Assembly: GCA_965648915.1 (NCBI GenBank)
Contig: CBFGIV010000003.1
Span: forward strand, 32,001 to 96,000
Direction of reading: 5' to 3'
DNA from: a candidate division WOR-3 bacterium
Lineage (GTDB): Bacteria > Hydrothermota > Tepidihabitantia > SM23-42 > CAYGYG01
Length of the DNA stretch: 64,000 nt
This document shows, piece after piece, positions 62,127-64,000 of this stretch. Under the pieces are notes generated by a model, which saw only the letters and a program-made list of their open reading frames with translations, was not told the DNA's origin and did no database searches. The translations under genes and the position numbers were made by a program. How positions within the stretch are numbered: position 1 is the stretch's first letter; each line of letters starts with the position of its first letter.

Positions 62127-64000
62127 AGGTATTGTTCAGGGGGTTGGTTTCCGGCCATTTATCTATCGTCTGGCTGGTCAATTCGATATTAAAGGCTGGG
62201 TCCTCAACTCCTCCTCCGGTGTGACCATTGATGCCGAAGGTGAAAAGAGTAAGGTCGAGAAGTTCATCGAACAGATAGAGCGAGAAAAACCGGTCAATGC
62301 CCGTATCGATGAAATAAAGATTCTTACCCGAAAGGCTATCGGCTACCAACATTTTACCATCCGCGAAAGCACAATCTCATCTAACGGCCATGCCCTGATC
62401 TCACCTGACCTTGCAACCTGTCCTGACTGCCAGCAGGAGATTATGAATCAGGGCAATCGCCGCTACTTTTATCCCTTTACGAATTGCACCAACTGTGGTC
62501 CCAGATATTCAATAATTATGGATATGCCTTATGATCGGATCCGGACAACAATGAAGAATTTCCGGATGTGCCCTACCTGTGCAGCGGAATATCATAATAC
62601 CAGCGATCGTCGCTTTCACGCCCAGCCCAATGCCTGCCCGGAATGTGGCCCAATCCTCTTTCTCTATACGATCAACCGTCGATTGATAAATACCCTTTCT
62701 CCAATCGAGACAACAATCAATTTATTAAAGAATGGAAAGATCATCGCGATCAAAGGTCTGGGCGGTTTTCATATTGCCTGTGATGCCAAGAATGAAATCG
62801 TGGTTAAGAGACTGAGAAGAAGAAAGAACCGCCCCCATAAACCTTTTGCCATTATGTGCAAACTCAAAGATATTAAAAAGGTTGCTTTTCTTACCAGATC
62901 CGAAGCCGAATTACTCTCATCCCCACAATCGCCTATCATCCTTTTGAGAAAAAAGAAAAATAACCTGCTGGCAGATGCAATTGCTCCGGATAACCCTTAT
63001 TTGGGCATTATGATCCCTTATACACCCCTCCATCACCTCCTCTTTCGCGAATTAGACTATCTAGTTATGACCAGCGGGAATCTCCAGGATGAGCCAATCA
63101 TAATCGATGATGAAGAATGTTTTCAAAAACTGTCCCATATCGTCGACTATGTCCTGACCAATAACCGTTTGATACAAAATCGAAACGACGATTCAATTGT
63201 AACATATTCCCGTTATACAAACTTTTCGATACTACGCCGTTCGCGTGGTTATGCCCCCGACCCCCTGGATCTACCCATCAGTATCAAGCCCACCCTGGGT
63301 TGTGGTGGTGAATTAAAGAGCACCTTCTGTCTGGCTCATAGTAGAATCGCCTATCTCAGTCCTCATATTGGAGACTTAGAAAACAATGAGACGATGGGGG
63401 CTTTTGAAAAAATTTTACAAAATTACAAAAGATGGTTTAAGATTGAACCGGAACTGATCGCCTATGACCTCCATCCCGACTATATGACCACGAGATTTGG
63501 ACAATCGATTAAATCCGGTCAGAAAAAGCCGGTTCAACACCATTTTGCTCACATCGCCGCCTGCCTTGCCGAGAATTTAATCGAGGAGCCGGTGATCGGC
63601 CTGGCCTTTGATGGCACCGGCTACGGACTCGATGGCAAGATCTGGGGGTGCGAATTTCTAATTGGTAATATTAAAGGGTTAAAAAGGGCTGGCCATCTCA
63701 AATATCTGCCCTTACCGGGCGGTGAGGCAAGCATCCGCCACCCTTATCGAATCGCTCTCGCTTATTTGATCTATCTCTTTGGTTCAATCCCCCAACTGCC
63801 TTTTATAAATAAAATTCCGCGCCAAGAGAAGATCACCATCGAACGGATGGTCGAATCTAATTTTAATCTAACTTTTACTTCAAGTCTGGGAAGACTCTTC
63901 GATGCCGTATCAGCAATTCTCGGTTTTACCACAGAAATAACCTTTGAAGCCCAGGCGGCTATGCAACTCGAATACCTATCAACAAACCCGACCGAAGATC
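62092..64000 (+). CDS. hypF: Carbamoyltransferase HypF (runs off window edge; not in ORF track)
   Basis: From ATG 62092: RGIVQGVGFRPF acylphosphatase motif, CPDC..YPFTNCTNCGPR, FHAQPNACPECGP, KGLGGFH, HPDY, QHH.AH. Confidence 0.95.
   Translation, partial: MQSLIRRKIFVRGIVQGVGFRPFIYRLAGQFDIKGWVLNSSSGVTIDAEGEKSKVEKFIEQIEREKPVNARIDEIKILTRKAIGYQHFTIRESTISSNGHALISPDLATCPDCQQEIMNQGNRRYFYPFTNCTNCGPRYSIIMDMPYDRIRTTMKNFRMCPTCAAEYHNTSDRRFHAQPNACPECGPILFLYTINRRLINTLSPIETTINLLKNGKIIAIKGLGGFHIACDAKNEIVVKRLRRRKNRPHKPFAIMCKLKDIKKVAFLTRSEAELLSSPQSPIILLRKKKNNLLADAIAPDNPYLGIMIPYTPLHHLLFRELDYLVMTSGNLQDEPIIIDDEECFQKLSHIVDYVLTNNRLIQNRNDDSIVTYSRYTNFSILRRSRGYAPDPLDLPISIKPTLGCGGELKSTFCLAHSRIAYLSPHIGDLENNETMGAFEKILQNYKRWFKIEPELIAYDLHPDYMTTRFGQSIKSGQKKPVQHHFAHIAACLAENLIEEPVIGLAFDGTGYGLDGKIWGCEFLIGNIKGLKRAGHLKYLPLPGGEASIRHPYRIALAYLIYLFGSIPQLPFINKIPRQEKITIERMVESNFNLTFTSSLGRLFDAVSAILGFTTEITFEAQAAMQLEYLSTNPTED

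Overview
Bacterial chromosomal window, mostly housekeeping and envelope genes. The diderm gene set (lnt, TonB-dependent receptor, PorV/PorQ-like barrel) and many secreted proteins with T9SS-type C-terminal tails suggest an FCB-related lineage such as WOR-3; this is inferred from gene content, not from a search. The AT-rich left end (1-~1640) holds a type IIG-like restriction-modification gene running off the edge, a palindrome cluster with an att-like core, and a 5'-truncated tyrosine integrase lacking the IntI insertion behind a perfect promoter. Core genes include pyrG (unusual motifs), recF-dciA-gyrB, glnA, lnt, yebC-ruvCAB, rlmI, hup, maf, buk and hypA-hypB-hypF (partial). Best candidates for something new: (1) an RQC winged-helix protein fused to a Tpt1/KptA RNA 2'-phosphotransferase; (2) a class III cyclase-STAND ATPase-TPR gene wedged inside an acyl-CoA carboxylase operon; (3) the integron-like platform; (4) T9SS-like parts, with a PorZ-like gene inside a glycan operon; (5) a zinc anti-sigma factor fused to a TonB C-terminal domain; (6) a window-wide promoter pattern of 16-bp spacers and apparently leaderless starts. 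A rubredoxin missing from the ORF track was found by hand. No rRNA, tRNA or CRISPR array was seen. All family calls come from motif recognition only.
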